DNA from: a virus
Lineage: Duplodnaviria > Caudoviricetes
Virus record (IMG/VR): IMGVR_UViG_3300033486_000001
Span: 11,317-75,316 of that record
Length of the DNA: 64,000 nt
Reading direction: 5' to 3' (one strand)
The position numbers were made by a program, and so were the translations under genes. Positions 63,709 through 64,000 of this stretch are shown here, piece after piece. Position 1 is the stretch's first letter; each line of letters starts with the position of its first letter. Below the pieces are notes generated by a model, which made no database searches, was not told the origin of the DNA, and was given only the letters and a program-made list of their open reading frames with translations.

Positions 63709-63966
63709 ATGAACATTGGTAGACCTCGACAGTTCTCGGAGGAGTTCCGACAACAAATTCTGGCGCTACGCCGATCCGGGATGAGCATTGTCGAAGTCGG
63801 CCTACAACTAGGCATCAACAAGAAGAGCGTCGTCTATTTGACACCTCCAGAGTTTCTCGAGGAAGTGTCTCGACATGCGAATACGCCACCTTTGGTAAAA
63901 GCGTGGTTGACTTCCGGATACAACAAGAGTATGACTCTGGAAGAATTCTTGGAGGTCACAAAATGA
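63709..63966 (+). CDS. HTH protein with the shared C-terminal tag
   Basis: RQFSEEFRQQILALRRSGMSIVEVGLQLGINKKSV (HTH); ends ANTPPLVKAWLTSGYNKSMTLEEFLEVTK. Confidence 0.7.
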   Translation: MNIGRPRQFSEEFRQQILALRRSGMSIVEVGLQLGINKKSVVYLTPPEFLEEVSRHANTPPLVKAWLTSGYNKSMTLEEFLEVTK

Positions 63967-64000
63967 TTAAACTAACCAGTCAAGAGTCGTCGATTTTGGT

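Noticed and set aside
1-64000. tRNA, rRNA, reverse transcriptase/DGR, integrase
   Set aside because: No cloverleaf/T-loop, rRNA or RT/integrase motifs were recognised by eye; tRNAscan-SE would be the decisive check.

Overview
This window is 64 kb of a large lytic dsDNA myovirus genome with a SPO1/Herelleviridae-like head module. The host cannot be identified from the sequence. Bases 1-39.1 kb are almost all minus-strand replication, recombination and nucleotide-metabolism genes: ClpP, DnaB-like helicase, primase, RecA/UvsX, a UvsY-like protein, SSB, DnaE, dUTPase, class II RNR, RuvC-like resolvase, SbcCD, GroEL plus a GroES-like protein, a sigma factor and an SF2 helicase. A repeat-rich non-coding strand switch at 39.15-39.75 kb sits next to a wHTH gene and looks like an origin. 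The plus-strand arm carries LRV-repeat genes, terminase, an intein-containing portal, ThyX, a MoxR/vWA/ATP-grasp island, prohead protease, scaffold and major capsid protein. Three observations stand out. (1) A transposase-less TnpB has a 3' tail, at the expected guide position, that matches the first codons of the adjacent capsid-operon gene with only synonymous differences. This suggests an RNA-guided homing or regulatory system. (2) The head module contains a prohead protease fused to a HipA/PI3K-like kinase and a GGDEF-like protein with an altered specificity residue. Both carry capsid-type L-x-K|S processing motifs, which suggests packaged, protease-released effectors. (3) Seven LRV-type genes share a conserved C-terminal tag. 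No tRNA or CRISPR array was recognised. All assignments come from motif recognition by eye; no database search was run.
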